From an uncultured Pelagibacteraceae bacterium (GTDB taxonomy: Bacteria > Pseudomonadota > Alphaproteobacteria > Pelagibacterales > Pelagibacteraceae): DNA of 64,000 bases. The stretch is from contig CACBHL010000001.1 in the NCBI GenBank assembly GCA_902539035.1, positions 30,144-94,143 of the forward strand, written 5' to 3'. Positions 22,279 through 32,989 of the stretch are shown here, one piece after another. Both the position numbers and the translations under genes were made by a program. The notes below the pieces were generated by a model. It worked only from the letters and a program-made list of their open reading frames with translations, had not been told where the DNA came from and searched no databases. Position 1 is the stretch's first letter. Every line of letters starts with the position of its first letter.

Positions 22279-22893
22279 ATGGCTAAAAAAAATTCAAAAA
22301 AATCAATATCTCTAACATTAAGAAATTATTTTATAACTGGAGTAGTTGTTTTAATACCTATTGGATTTACTTTATATCTAAGTAAAATTCTTATAGGGAT
22401 TTCATCAAACTTAATACCAACAAATATCAATCCTAATAGTTATTTACCGTTCAACATCCCTGGTGTTGAAATAATAATTTCAATTATATTTATAACCTTT
22501 GTTGGTGGTTTATCACTTTCTTTTTTTGGAAGAAGAATTTTAAAATTAATTGATGATCTGTTTAAAAGAATTCCTTTTCTAAGAACTGTTTATTCAGCAA
22601 TAGTTCAAATGACTGAAACATTTTCTAAGAAAGATGATAGTCAAAAAAGTGTAGTTTTAATTGAATATCCAAGAAAAGGTGTTTGGGCCGTTGGTTTTGC
22701 AACTAAAGAAAATACTGGGGAGATGGCTCAAAAAACTAATAAAAAATTAGTTAATGTTTTTGTTCCTACAACACCAAATCCTACAAGTGGTTTTTTGCTA
22801 ATGTTTCCAATTGAAGATGTTATTTATTTAAACATGTCTTTTGAAGAGGCTTCTAAATTTATAGTATCTGCAGGAACTTCCACAAAATCTTAA
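22279..22893 (+). CDS. DUF502 family membrane protein
   Basis: IEYPRKG and FVPTTPNPTSGF motifs; ATG at 22279 preferred to TTG at 22222. Confidence 0.88.
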   Translation: MAKKNSKKSISLTLRNYFITGVVVLIPIGFTLYLSKILIGISSNLIPTNINPNSYLPFNIPGVEIIISIIFITFVGGLSLSFFGRRILKLIDDLFKRIPFLRTVYSAIVQMTETFSKKDDSQKSVVLIEYPRKGVWAVGFATKENTGEMAQKTNKKLVNVFVPTTPNPTSGFLLMFPIEDVIYLNMSFEEASKFIVSAGTSTKS

Positions 22894-24941
22894 GCAATAT
22901 CATTGATGATATCCGCTCTGTCATAGAGTTTTATAAGAGGTTTAAATTTTTTAATATCTTCATTAGAATTTTCAATTCTTTTTATTTCATTTTCGGCGAG
23001 TAAAAAAAGATCGTTATTAAGTATAGGGTCAGCTAATTTAAAATTTTTAATACCACTTTGCTTAAATCCAAGGAGATCACCAAATCCCCTAATTTTCATA
23101 TCTTCTTCTGAAATTAAAAAACCATCATTATTTTGCTTTAATATATTAATTCTTTTTTTGGCATTATCAGATAAATTTGATTTAAACATTAAAATACATG
23201 TGGATTCTTTATTTCCACGACCAACTCTACCTCTAAGCTGATGCAGTTGAGATAACCCAAACTTATTTGCATTTTCTATAATAATTACATTTGCATTTGG
23301 AAAATCAATTCCTACCTCTATAATTGTTGTCGAAACTAGAATTTTAAATTTATTTTTCTGAAAATTATTCAATATCTTTTCTTTTTCATCGATTTCGGTT
23401 TTTCCATGTAATAATAATACTTGATTTGGAAATAATTTTTTTAAAAATTCAAATTTTTTGACAGCTGAGGTGTGATCTAATTTTTTTGACTCTTCAATTA
23501 ATGGACATACCCAAAAAATTTGATTACCAGAATTTATTTCTTTTTTAATAAATTTGATAACATCATCGATTTTACTCTCTAATTTACTGTATGTTTTAAT
23601 TGGTCTTCGTGATTTAGGTTTTTCTTTGATTATAGATAAATCCATATCGCCATACACCGTCATAGTTAAAGTTCTTGGTATAGGTGTTGCTGTCATTAAT
23701 AAAACATCACAGTCATTACCACCTTTATCAGAAAGCTTTTTTCTTTGATTAACACCAAACTTATGTTGTTCATCTATAATAATTAATCCAAGATTTTTAT
23801 AGCTAACTTTTTTTTGAAATATTGCGTGTGTTCCAAAAATAATATCTATTTTATTATTTTTCAATTTTTCTAAAATTATTTTTTTATTTTTGTATTCAGA
23901 TTTTCCTGAAATTAATTCTATTTTTTTGTTTTTGGGAAAAATTTCTTTCGCTAAATTATAATGCTGACGGGCCAATATTTCAGTAGGTGCCATAAAAGCT
24001 ACTTGGTAACCTGCGTTTGTAGTATTATAAGCAGCTAGGAGCGCAATAATTGTTTTACCACTACCAACATCGCCTTGTAATAGTCTAAACATTTTTGTTG
24101 ATGTACTTAAATCTTCATTTATTTGTTTCAGAGAATTTATCTGATCATTAGTCAGAGAAAAACTTAAATTATTTATTAAAGAGCTTTGTAGGTTTATATT
24201 AATTTTTTTACTTTTTTTTTTAATTTTTTTAATTTTTTTTCTTATTTCAGAATTTACTAAAAATGTTGAAAATATTTCATCATATGCAAGCCTTTGGTAA
24301 AAGTTGTCTTTATGCTTTCCAATATTTTCTGGTTTATGAAGTTCTTTAATTGAATGGTTCCAACTCAAATTTCCAAATTTTTTTATAATTTCTTTAGAGT
24401 GCCACTCGTTTAAATCAGGTAATTTATTAATAATTTGGTTAATAATTTTATTGTAGACTTTTTCAGATATTCCTTCTGTTAATGAATATTTGTTGTGTAC
24501 TTGTTTTATCAAAGAAGAATCTTCCGAAATATATTTTGGATTTGTAAGTTGATACTTATTTTTAAAATAATTAATTTTACCACTAATTGTTATTTCTTTT
24601 CCCAATGGTAGTATTTTTTTTACATATCCCTCATAACTATTAAAAAAAACACAGTCTAATTTTCCTGTATCATCAGAACAAATAACTCTATTTGGCAAGT
24701 TTCTAAGTCTTGGAAACTGATATTTTTGAGGAGTAACTGTAACTGTTTGATTCTCGCCAATTTTAAGATCTTTTATTTTTGATGATAAACTTCTATCTGT
24801 AAAAGACCTTGGTAGCTTCCATAGTAAATCAAATAAGCTATTTATATTTTTCTTTTTAAGTAGATTTGTTGTTTTTATTCCAACACCTTTTAAAGCTGTT
24901 AAATCTGATAATAAATATTTATAATTACTTTTAATACTCAT
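22890..24941 (-). CDS. recG: ATP-dependent DNA helicase RecG
   Basis: QGDVGSGKT, DEQH, TATPIPRT, QLRGRVGRG. Confidence 0.96.
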   Translation of the reverse strand: MSIKSNYKYLLSDLTALKGVGIKTTNLLKKKNINSLFDLLWKLPRSFTDRSLSSKIKDLKIGENQTVTVTPQKYQFPRLRNLPNRVICSDDTGKLDCVFFNSYEGYVKKILPLGKEITISGKINYFKNKYQLTNPKYISEDSSLIKQVHNKYSLTEGISEKVYNKIINQIINKLPDLNEWHSKEIIKKFGNLSWNHSIKELHKPENIGKHKDNFYQRLAYDEIFSTFLVNSEIRKKIKKIKKKSKKININLQSSLINNLSFSLTNDQINSLKQINEDLSTSTKMFRLLQGDVGSGKTIIALLAAYNTTNAGYQVAFMAPTEILARQHYNLAKEIFPKNKKIELISGKSEYKNKKIILEKLKNNKIDIIFGTHAIFQKKVSYKNLGLIIIDEQHKFGVNQRKKLSDKGGNDCDVLLMTATPIPRTLTMTVYGDMDLSIIKEKPKSRRPIKTYSKLESKIDDVIKFIKKEINSGNQIFWVCPLIEESKKLDHTSAVKKFEFLKKLFPNQVLLLHGKTEIDEKEKILNNFQKNKFKILVSTTIIEVGIDFPNANVIIIENANKFGLSQLHQLRGRVGRGNKESTCILMFKSNLSDNAKKRINILKQNNDGFLISEEDMKIRGFGDLLGFKQSGIKNFKLADPILNNDLFLLAENEIKRIENSNEDIKKFKPLIKLYDRADIINDIA

Positions 24942-24963
24942 AATTAATTAATATATTCTAATA

Positions 24964-25221
24964 ATGCCTGTCAATATAGATGAATTAAAAAAAAAAATTA
25001 TTTATAGATCAAACTATCGTGGCACAAAAGAAATGGATAAACTTTTAGGTACATTTACCAAAAAAAATATTAAAGATTTAAATTATGATGAATTAGTTGA
25101 TTTGGAAAAATTGCTCAATATCGATGACACAAATTTATACAATTACTATACGGGTGCAAAGACAGATTTTGAAATAGAAAATAATAGAGTAAATTTACTT
25201 TTTAAAAATTTTAAATACTAA
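24964..25221 (+). CDS. sdhE: Succinate dehydrogenase FAD assembly factor (Sdh5 family)
   Basis: YRSNYRGTKEMD (RGxxE) motif; divergent from recG. Confidence 0.88.
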   Translation: MPVNIDELKKKIIYRSNYRGTKEMDKLLGTFTKKNIKDLNYDELVDLEKLLNIDDTNLYNYYTGAKTDFEIENNRVNLLFKNFKY

Positions 25222-25225
25222 TTTA

Positions 25226-25315
25226 TGGCGGAGAGACTGGGATTCGAACCCAGGAAAGAGTTGCCCCTTTGCCGGTTTTCAAGACCGGTGCTTTCAACCG
25301 CTCAGCCATCTCTCC
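25226..25315 (-). tRNA. tRNA-Ser(TGA)
   Basis: 90 nt on reverse strand, GGAGAGA...TCTCTCC-G-CCA, anticodon arm CCGGT-CTTGAAA-ACCGG, long variable arm. Confidence 0.96.
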
Positions 25316-25401
25316 GTGAGCAAGGTTTTATAATTATAATTATTTAATTCAACCCTAAAATAGTCTATTAAAAACAATAACGACTAATTCCATTTAATCT
25401 T

Positions 25402-26280
25402 ATGAATAAAGAATTTAATAAGGGGTTACTACTAGCTGGATCAGGCTCTTTTTGGTGGGGTTTTATTGGTGTTATTTATTTTAAATCTATAACTTATATT
25501 GGACATATAGAGCTTGTTGTTCATAGATGTTTGTGGTCGACTTTTACATTAATAATTACTACTTTTTTTTTTTCTAAATGGAATATTTTTTTTGAAATTA
25601 TTAGAAGTAAAAAAAATTTAATTTACCTTTTCTTTTCTGGTAGTTTAATTTTTATTAATTGGGCAGCTTGGATATATGCAATAGCCACCAATAGAATAAT
25701 TGATGCAAGTTTTGGTTATTTTATTATGCCAATTATAAGTGTGATGTTAGGATACATTTTTTTTAAAGAAGTTCTAAATAAGAAAAGAATTTTTTCTATT
25801 CTTTTAGTCATAGTATCAATTATTTACCTAATTATTATAAGTTATAATTCCTTACCTTGGCTTGGTTTGGTTGTAGCTATAAGTTGGGGTTTTTATAATT
25901 TGTTTAGAAAAAAAATTAACGTTGATACTGATGTAGGATTATTAATAGAGAGCTTATTTATATTACCATTTGCAGTAGTAGCATTTTATTTTATATCCAT
26001 TAACGGATTTAATGATTTTAAAATTGAAGATCCACCCATGATGTTGCTAATATTCTTGGCAGGGCCAATGACAGTAATTCCATTATTTTTATATGTTAGA
26101 GGAGTTGAGTTGTGTGGACTGGGTCCAACTGGAATGATTTTTTATATAACGCCAACTTTGCAATTTTTACTTGGTTTTTTTTATTATGATGAAATTTTTT
26201 CGTTTGATAAATTTGTTAGTTTTATTTTTATTTGGATTGCTGTAATTGTATACTTAAAAGATTTGCATGAAAATAACTAA
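25402..26280 (+). CDS. rarD: EamA/RarD family transporter
   Basis: Multi-TM; ASFGYFIMP and FYITPTLQF motifs of RarD. Confidence 0.85.
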   Translation: MNKEFNKGLLLAGSGSFWWGFIGVIYFKSITYIGHIELVVHRCLWSTFTLIITTFFFSKWNIFFEIIRSKKNLIYLFFSGSLIFINWAAWIYAIATNRIIDASFGYFIMPIISVMLGYIFFKEVLNKKRIFSILLVIVSIIYLIIISYNSLPWLGLVVAISWGFYNLFRKKINVDTDVGLLIESLFILPFAVVAFYFISINGFNDFKIEDPPMMLLIFLAGPMTVIPLFLYVRGVELCGLGPTGMIFYITPTLQFLLGFFYYDEIFSFDKFVSFIFIWIAVIVYLKDLHENN

Positions 26281-27271
26281 GTACATATTAATTATAATAC
26301 TTAATTTAAATATAAATGTTTATGCTGATATTAATATTGAATTTGAAAACTGGAAAAAAGATTTTAAAAAATTAGCACTAAAAAATAATATTTCTGAAAA
26401 AACTTTTGATATAGTTATATCTAATACTAAATTTCTTCCTGATGTAATCAAATATGATCGGTTCCAACCAGAATTTTATGAGGATACAAAAACTTATATT
26501 TCAAAAAGAACCTCCGACAAGAAAGTATCTAAAGGGTTGTCGTTTTATCAAAAAAATTCAAAATTAATTAAATCAGTAGAAAATAAATTTAACATAGAAC
26601 AAGATTTACTTTTATCGTTAATGGGTATTGAAACAAATTTCGGTACGTATGTTGGAAAAATGGATATCTTATCCTCTCTTGCAACTTTAAGTTTTGATAA
26701 AAGAAGAACAGAGTTTTTCACAAATGAGTTATTAATACTTTTGAAACTCATTGAAAAAAAACAAATTAACTATGAAACTCTTTTTGGATCATGGGCAGGC
26801 GCATTTGGATTTTTTCAGTTTATGCCATCAACCATGAAAAACTATGCAATAGATTATGATAATAATGGATCAATTGATTTAAAAAATAATAGAGATGCAT
26901 ATGCATCAGCGGCTAACTATCTAAATCAAATTGGCTGGAAATCTGGTCAACCTTGTTTTTTGAAAGTAAATTTATCAAATGATGTACCAAAAAATTATTT
27001 AAATGTTTCTGCAAAAAAACTTCACCATAAAAAAAAATTAAAATTTTTTAATAAATTTATTACAAATATTGATGATATTGATCCTAAATATGAAAATTTT
27101 CAGGTAGCAATAATTACCCCTGACAAAGATATAATACCTAATTCTGATACATTAAATCCAGCTTTTATTGTTTTTGATAATTATGAAATTATATTACAAT
27201 GGAATAGATCATTAAGATTTGCATTAGCCGTGTGTACTTTAAAAAATAAATTTAAAAATGAACTTCAATAA
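26267..27271 (+). CDS. Lytic murein transglycosylase (MltB-like)
   Basis: GIETNFG, GSWAGAFGFFQFMPST, SAANYL, WNRS. Confidence 0.92.
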   Translation: MKITKYILIIILNLNINVYADINIEFENWKKDFKKLALKNNISEKTFDIVISNTKFLPDVIKYDRFQPEFYEDTKTYISKRTSDKKVSKGLSFYQKNSKLIKSVENKFNIEQDLLLSLMGIETNFGTYVGKMDILSSLATLSFDKRRTEFFTNELLILLKLIEKKQINYETLFGSWAGAFGFFQFMPSTMKNYAIDYDNNGSIDLKNNRDAYASAANYLNQIGWKSGQPCFLKVNLSNDVPKNYLNVSAKKLHHKKKLKFFNKFITNIDDIDPKYENFQVAIITPDKDIIPNSDTLNPAFIVFDNYEIILQWNRSLRFALAVCTLKNKFKNELQ

Positions 27272-28019
27272 ATTTTTAACTATTTTCATATTTCTGTTAT
27301 TAATAGCATGCCAACAATTTGATGATGATAGAAAAGCAATAAATTACTCTACCCATCAAAAATATAGCAACACAGGTTTTACCTTAATCTATAATGAACA
27401 GTCTAGGAAAGATAATAAAATATCAAAAAAAATTGATAACAGAGCTTTAGTTATTTTTCATAAAAAAATTAAAAAAAATTCATTTGTAAAAATTACTAAT
27501 CCTGCAAATGATAAGTCAGTCATTGCTAAAGTTATTTCAAATAAAGCACAATTTTCCGACTTTTATAATTCTGTAATAACACCAAGAATAGCTAATGAAC
27601 TATCTATTGATTCAAGTGAACCTTATATTGATCTTGTTCTAATTTCTGAGAACTCCACATTTATTGCAAAAAAAGCAAAAATTTTTGATGAAGAAAAAAA
27701 TGTTGCTGAAAAAGCACCTGTAGATGGAATTACGATTGATAATTTAGGTACTGAATTAAATAAAAAAAAAACATTAAAGAAACATAAATTTTTATATTCA
27801 ATTAAGATTGCTGATTTTTATTATATGGATTCAGCTGAGAATATGATCTTAAGAATTAAAAAAGAGACAAATTTAAAAAATCCATTAATAAAAAAACTAT
27901 CAAATACCAAATATAGGGTATTATTGGGACCATTTAGTGATATAAAAAAACTTGAAAAGTCATTTGATGAAATAAAATTATTAGAATTTGAAAACATAGA
28001 AATATTAAAAGATGCTTAA
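27258..28019 (+). CDS. RlpA-like lipoprotein with C-terminal SPOR-like domain (divergent)
   Basis: LIAC lipobox, VKITNPANDKSV, YRVLLGPF; position between mltB and dac. Confidence 0.7.
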   Translation: MNFNKFLTIFIFLLLIACQQFDDDRKAINYSTHQKYSNTGFTLIYNEQSRKDNKISKKIDNRALVIFHKKIKKNSFVKITNPANDKSVIAKVISNKAQFSDFYNSVITPRIANELSIDSSEPYIDLVLISENSTFIAKKAKIFDEEKNVAEKAPVDGITIDNLGTELNKKKTLKKHKFLYSIKIADFYYMDSAENMILRIKKETNLKNPLIKKLSNTKYRVLLGPFSDIKKLEKSFDEIKLLEFENIEILKDA

Positions 28020-29163
28020 TAAAATAATAATTTATATTTTTCTAAGCTTATTTATATATTCATTTTCACATGCAAATTTCGATTTAAAAGCAAGAACGGC
28101 AATACTTCAAGATTATTATTCTGGTGAAATTTTGTATGAAAAAGAGCCTGATAGATCAATTTATCCAGCTTCAATGACTAAAATTATGACTTCAATAATT
28201 GCCTTTGATTTGATCAAATCAGGTGATTTAAGTTTAGATGAAGAATTTATCATTTCTGAAAAGGCTTGGAGATTATCTACTTCTGGTTATTCTTCAATGT
28301 TTATTATGATAGGAGATCAAGTGTCTGTAGAAGATTTACTTAAAGGTATAATTATTGCTTCTGGTAACGATGCTTGTATAGCTTTAGCTGAAGGTATCGC
28401 CGGTACAGAAGAAGAATTTGCCCTGTTAATGACAGCAAAAGCTAGAGAAATTGGCATGGAAAACACAAATTTCACAAACTCTTCGGGTATTAATGATCCT
28501 GATAATTATTCTACTGTCAGAGACATAATGATCATGTCTAGATATTTAATTGCAAAACACCCTGAGTTTTACAAGATGTTTGCTGAAAAAGAGTTTACTT
28601 GGGATCGTACTGGAGGTGATCCAATCACCCAAGGGAATAGAAATCCTCTCCTGTATAAAAACCTAGGGGCTGACGGAATTAAAACAGGTTATCTTGCTGT
28701 AGAAAAATACTCTTTAGCGTCATCTATAGAAAGAAATGGGAGAAGATTAATAGCAGTAGGTAGTGGTTTTAATTCAAAAAATTCAAGATCCAAGGAAAGT
28801 ACCAAGCTTTTAACTTATGGATTAACTAATTATGATTTGGTTGAAATAGCAAAATCAAATAAACCTTTTCAAAAAATTAATGTTTGGCTAGGTAAACAAG
28901 ACTCTGTAGAAGTCTACACCAACTTAGATATTTACAAAACTATTAAAAAAGCTAAAAAAAAATTACTAAAAGTTTCGGTCAAATATGACGGACCTGTAGA
29001 AGCTCCAATTAGAAAAAATCAAAAAATAGCAACACTAAGAGTAGTTTACGACCAAGAATTAGTTGGTGAGTACGACCTTTTATCCTCAAAAGAGGTAAAA
29101 AAAGTAAACTTTATATCCAGATTAATTAAATCAATTAACTTTTTAATCTGGGGTGATGTCTAA
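28012..29163 (+). CDS. dacA: D-alanyl-D-alanine carboxypeptidase (PBP5 family)
   Basis: PASMTK (SxxK), SGND (SxN), KTG. Confidence 0.93.
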   Translation: MLNKIIIYIFLSLFIYSFSHANFDLKARTAILQDYYSGEILYEKEPDRSIYPASMTKIMTSIIAFDLIKSGDLSLDEEFIISEKAWRLSTSGYSSMFIMIGDQVSVEDLLKGIIIASGNDACIALAEGIAGTEEEFALLMTAKAREIGMENTNFTNSSGINDPDNYSTVRDIMIMSRYLIAKHPEFYKMFAEKEFTWDRTGGDPITQGNRNPLLYKNLGADGIKTGYLAVEKYSLASSIERNGRRLIAVGSGFNSKNSRSKESTKLLTYGLTNYDLVEIAKSNKPFQKINVWLGKQDSVEVYTNLDIYKTIKKAKKKLLKVSVKYDGPVEAPIRKNQKIATLRVVYDQELVGEYDLLSSKEVKKVNFISRLIKSINFLIWGDV

Positions 29164-29767
29164 AAAACCTATTATTGTTTTTGAGGGAATCGAAGGTAGT
29201 GGAAAAAGCTATCATTTAGCTTCTGTTGCAAGATATTTTAAACAAAAAAAAATCAGCTTTATTAAAATACGTGAACCAGGTGGTAGTCAAAATTCAGAGA
29301 AAATCAGGAGACTAATGTTAAATAACAAATCAAATTTTAATAAAGATACAGATCTTTTGCTATTTTTATCATCTAGAAGTGAAAATATAAGTTTAATAAA
29401 AAAAAATTATAATAAAAAAATTATTCTTATTGATAGATTTACTGACTCTACCATTGCTTATCAACATTATGGTATGGGTGTAAATTTAAAGTTAATTAAT
29501 TCGTTAAATAATTATTTACTTAAAAATATAAAAATAGATTTTACATTCTTAAATACAGTAAATAATAAAAATCTGTTTTTAAGACTAAAAAAAAGAAAAT
29601 CACTTAATAGGTATGATAGATTTAATTCAAAGTTCTATAACAAAGTACAGAAAGGTTTTATTAAATTAGCTAACTCAAAAAAAAAATCATATATGATAGT
29701 TAATTCCAATTTAGAAATTGAGAATAACAAAAAATTAATCTTAAATAAAATAAATAAATTAATTTAA
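29153..29767 (+). CDS. tmk: Thymidylate kinase
   Basis: FEGIEGSGKS, REPGG, DRFTDSTIAYQ; true start may be ATG 29156. Confidence 0.94.
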   Translation: MMSKKPIIVFEGIEGSGKSYHLASVARYFKQKKISFIKIREPGGSQNSEKIRRLMLNNKSNFNKDTDLLLFLSSRSENISLIKKNYNKKIILIDRFTDSTIAYQHYGMGVNLKLINSLNNYLLKNIKIDFTFLNTVNNKNLFLRLKKRKSLNRYDRFNSKFYNKVQKGFIKLANSKKKSYMIVNSNLEIENNKKLILNKINKLI

Positions 29768-30696
29768 TGTATATAGAATCTCGATCACAACAAATTTTGT
29801 TAGGACACCACGAAACTTTTAACGTACTAAAAAAGCTCTATCTTAATAAAAAGCTACCCAATAAAATAATTTTATCTGGCGAGAAGGGTATTGGTAAATG
29901 CACTTTAGCCTACCACTTGATTAATTATATATTATCGACAAACGAGGATTATAGTTATGATTTGAAAAATTATAAAATTAATAATGCAAATAAGTCTTTT
30001 AAATTAGTTTTAAATAAATCAAATCCAAATTTTAATCTTATTGATGTTGAAGAGGGTAAAAAAAATATTGATATTAAGCAAATTAGGCATCTAATTTCTA
30101 ATTTAAATAAATCATCATTTAATTCTAGTCTAAGGTTTGTTTTGATTGATAATATTAATTTACTTAATATGAATTCTGTAAACGCCTTGCTTAAAGTAAT
30201 TGAGGAACCAAATGATAATATCCACTTTATTTTAATAAATAGTAATACACGAGTTGTTCCTACTTTAAAATCGAGATGTATAAATTTTAAGATTTCTCTT
30301 TCCAAAAATGAAGTAATTGAGATAATTAATAAAATTATTGATAAAGATATTTATCACTTAATTAATGAGGAATTAATAAATTATTATACAACGCCAGGTC
30401 AATTATTAAAAATTTTAAAAGCCGCAGAAATCCTTGAGATTGATATAAAACATTTGTCATTAAAAAACTTTCTTTCATTGATAATCAAAAATAAACTTTA
30501 TAAAAAAGATAAAATGTTAAGCGAATTGATTTACTCATTTATCGAAATTTATTTTAGAAAAAATACAAATATTAAAGATATTGAATTATTAAACCTTTAT
30601 GATCTTTTTTTAAAAAAAATTATTAATACTAAAATTTATAATTTAGATGAAGAATCTCTTTTCATGGAATTTGAGGATCGAATTTTAAATGGATAA
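29767..30696 (+). CDS. holB: DNA polymerase III delta-prime subunit
   Basis: GEKGIGK, NALLKVIEEP, TLKSRC; tmk-holB-metG synteny. Confidence 0.88.
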   Translation: MYIESRSQQILLGHHETFNVLKKLYLNKKLPNKIILSGEKGIGKCTLAYHLINYILSTNEDYSYDLKNYKINNANKSFKLVLNKSNPNFNLIDVEEGKKNIDIKQIRHLISNLNKSSFNSSLRFVLIDNINLLNMNSVNALLKVIEEPNDNIHFILINSNTRVVPTLKSRCINFKISLSKNEVIEIINKIIDKDIYHLINEELINYYTTPGQLLKILKAAEILEIDIKHLSLKNFLSLIIKNKLYKKDKMLSELIYSFIEIYFRKNTNIKDIELLNLYDLFLKKIINTKIYNLDEESLFMEFEDRILNG

Positions 30697-32230
30697 AAAT
30701 TTTTATATTACAACACCAATATATTATCCTTCTGCAAGACCTCACATGGGTCATGCTTATTCCAGCATTATTGCTGATTTTTTTTCGCGATTTAAAACTA
30801 TTGATGGTTACAAGGTTTATTTCTTAACAGGAACAGATGAACATGGTCTTAAAATTCAAAGATCTGCAGAGAAACAAGGTATAGATCCACTTAAGTTCTG
30901 TGATCAAATAAGTAAAACATTTAGAGATCTTTCTAAAACTTTAAATTTAACTAATACAGATTTTATCCGAACAACAGAGGAGAGACATAAGAAAACAGTG
31001 CAGTATTTATGGACAGAGCTAGAAAAAAATGATGATATTTATCTTTCAAATTACTCAGGATGGTACTCTGTTTCAGATGAAGCTTTTTATAATGAGGATG
31101 AAATAGAAGAAATAGATGGAAAAAAAATTTCAATTAGTTCAAAATCTTCAGTTGAATGGATAGAGGAGGAGTCTTATTTTTTTAGACTCTCTAAATGGGA
31201 AAAACCCTTATTAGATTTTTACGAAAAAAACCCTAATTTTATTTCACCTGAATCAAGAAAAAATGAAGTGATAAGTTTTGTTAAAAGTGGGCTTAAAGAT
31301 CTTTCAGTAAGTAGAAAAACATTTTCATGGGGTATTCAGGTTCCTGGAAATGAAAATCATGTTATTTATGTTTGGCTTGATGCACTTACTAACTACATAA
31401 GTGCCTTGAACTATCCCAATAAAGAGGATGAATTATTTAAAAATTTCTGGCCTGCTTCAGTACATTTGATTGGAAAAGATATATTAAGATTTCACGCTGT
31501 ATACTGGCCAGCTTTTTTATTAGCTGCTAGAATAGAACTACCAAAAAAAGTTTATGGTCATGGATGGATACTCTCTGGTGATGAGAAAATGTCTAAATCA
31601 AAAGGGAATATTTTAGATCCGTTACAAATTATTGATGAATACGGATTAGATCCTTTAAGATATTATTTGATAAAAGAAGTCTCCTTTGGGAATGACGGTA
31701 ATATATCTCAGGATAGATTGGAGGATTGTATAAATAGTGATTTAGCAAACAATTATGGTAATTTATGTCAACGCGTCACTACATTTGCTATAAAAAATTG
31801 TGATGGAAAAATACCAGAAAAAATTAAATTTGAGGAAGATGATTTAAATATTTTAAATAAATTTAAAGATAATTTAGAAGAGATTAGATCTAAAATAGAT
31901 CAACAAAATTTAAACTTTTATATCGATTATATAGTTAATTCACTCTTTGAGGCCAACAAATATTTTAATGATCAAGAACCTTGGAAAAAAAAAGATAATA
32001 TTACTAGATTAAATACCATCGTTTTCACTTCTTTAGAAATTATTAGAAAAATAAGTTTTTTACTCTATCCAATAATCCCAGGATCAGTATTAAAGGCTTT
32101 AAAAATATTCAATCTTGGTGAAAATGACATTATATTAGAAGACATATCTAATAATGAATTTTTAATTAAAGGAAATAGTATAAATAAAATAGATATACTC
32201 TTCAAAAAAATAGAAAAAGATAATGATTGA
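30689..32230 (+). CDS. metG: Methionine--tRNA ligase
   Basis: TTPIYY..PHMGH, YVWLDAL, GKDILRFH, KMSKS. Confidence 0.97.
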   Translation: MDKNFYITTPIYYPSARPHMGHAYSSIIADFFSRFKTIDGYKVYFLTGTDEHGLKIQRSAEKQGIDPLKFCDQISKTFRDLSKTLNLTNTDFIRTTEERHKKTVQYLWTELEKNDDIYLSNYSGWYSVSDEAFYNEDEIEEIDGKKISISSKSSVEWIEEESYFFRLSKWEKPLLDFYEKNPNFISPESRKNEVISFVKSGLKDLSVSRKTFSWGIQVPGNENHVIYVWLDALTNYISALNYPNKEDELFKNFWPASVHLIGKDILRFHAVYWPAFLLAARIELPKKVYGHGWILSGDEKMSKSKGNILDPLQIIDEYGLDPLRYYLIKEVSFGNDGNISQDRLEDCINSDLANNYGNLCQRVTTFAIKNCDGKIPEKIKFEEDDLNILNKFKDNLEEIRSKIDQQNLNFYIDYIVNSLFEANKYFNDQEPWKKKDNITRLNTIVFTSLEIIRKISFLLYPIIPGSVLKALKIFNLGENDIILEDISNNEFLIKGNSINKIDILFKKIEKDND

Positions 32231-32984
32231 TTCACACTGTCATCTTGATCATGAACCATTAATAAGTGATCTTAATAATATAATACAAAGATCTAAAGAT
32301 GTTGGTATTGAAAAATTGCTGACCATATCAACATCAATAGTTAGTTTTTCTAAAATTAAAGAATTGATCCATAAAGATGACATTATTTACGGCACAGTTG
32401 GTATACATCCACACGAAAGTGATAAAAATGTTTTAACTTCCTCTCAATTAGTTCAAAACTTTAAAGAAAATGAGAAAATTATTGGCATAGGTGAAACTGG
32501 ATTAGATTTTTATTATAATAATAGTGATCGTGAGAAGCAAATATCGAGTTTTAAAGAACACATAGAAGCTTCTATTGAGACTAAGTCACCACTAATTGTT
32601 CATTCAAGAAATGCAGAAGACGAAACATATGAAATACTTAATTCATATAAAAATAATGACCTTAAAATTTTAATGCATTGTTTTACAGGATCTAAAGAAT
32701 TTTCAAAAAAACTTTTACTATTGAACTCATATTTTTCAGCAAGTGGCATTATTACCTTTAAAAACTCTTTAGATTTGCAAGATACCTTTAAGTCTTTACC
32801 TCTAGAAAAAGTATTGATTGAAACCGACAGTCCTTTTTTAGCCCCTGTTCCAAATAGAGGTAAAAAAAATGAACCATCATTTATTGATTTTACAGCAGTT
32901 AAACTTGCAGAAATAAAAGAAATACCAAAGTCAAAACTTATTGAAATAACTACAAATAATTTTAATCAACTTTTCTTTAACTAA
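32223..32984 (+). CDS. tatD: TatD family hydrolase
   Basis: DSHCH, GETGLD, HSR, HCF, ETDSPFL. Confidence 0.93.
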   Translation: MIDSHCHLDHEPLISDLNNIIQRSKDVGIEKLLTISTSIVSFSKIKELIHKDDIIYGTVGIHPHESDKNVLTSSQLVQNFKENEKIIGIGETGLDFYYNNSDREKQISSFKEHIEASIETKSPLIVHSRNAEDETYEILNSYKNNDLKILMHCFTGSKEFSKKLLLLNSYFSASGIITFKNSLDLQDTFKSLPLEKVLIETDSPFLAPVPNRGKKNEPSFIDFTAVKLAEIKEIPKSKLIEITTNNFNQLFFN

Positions 32985-32989
32985 TAGTT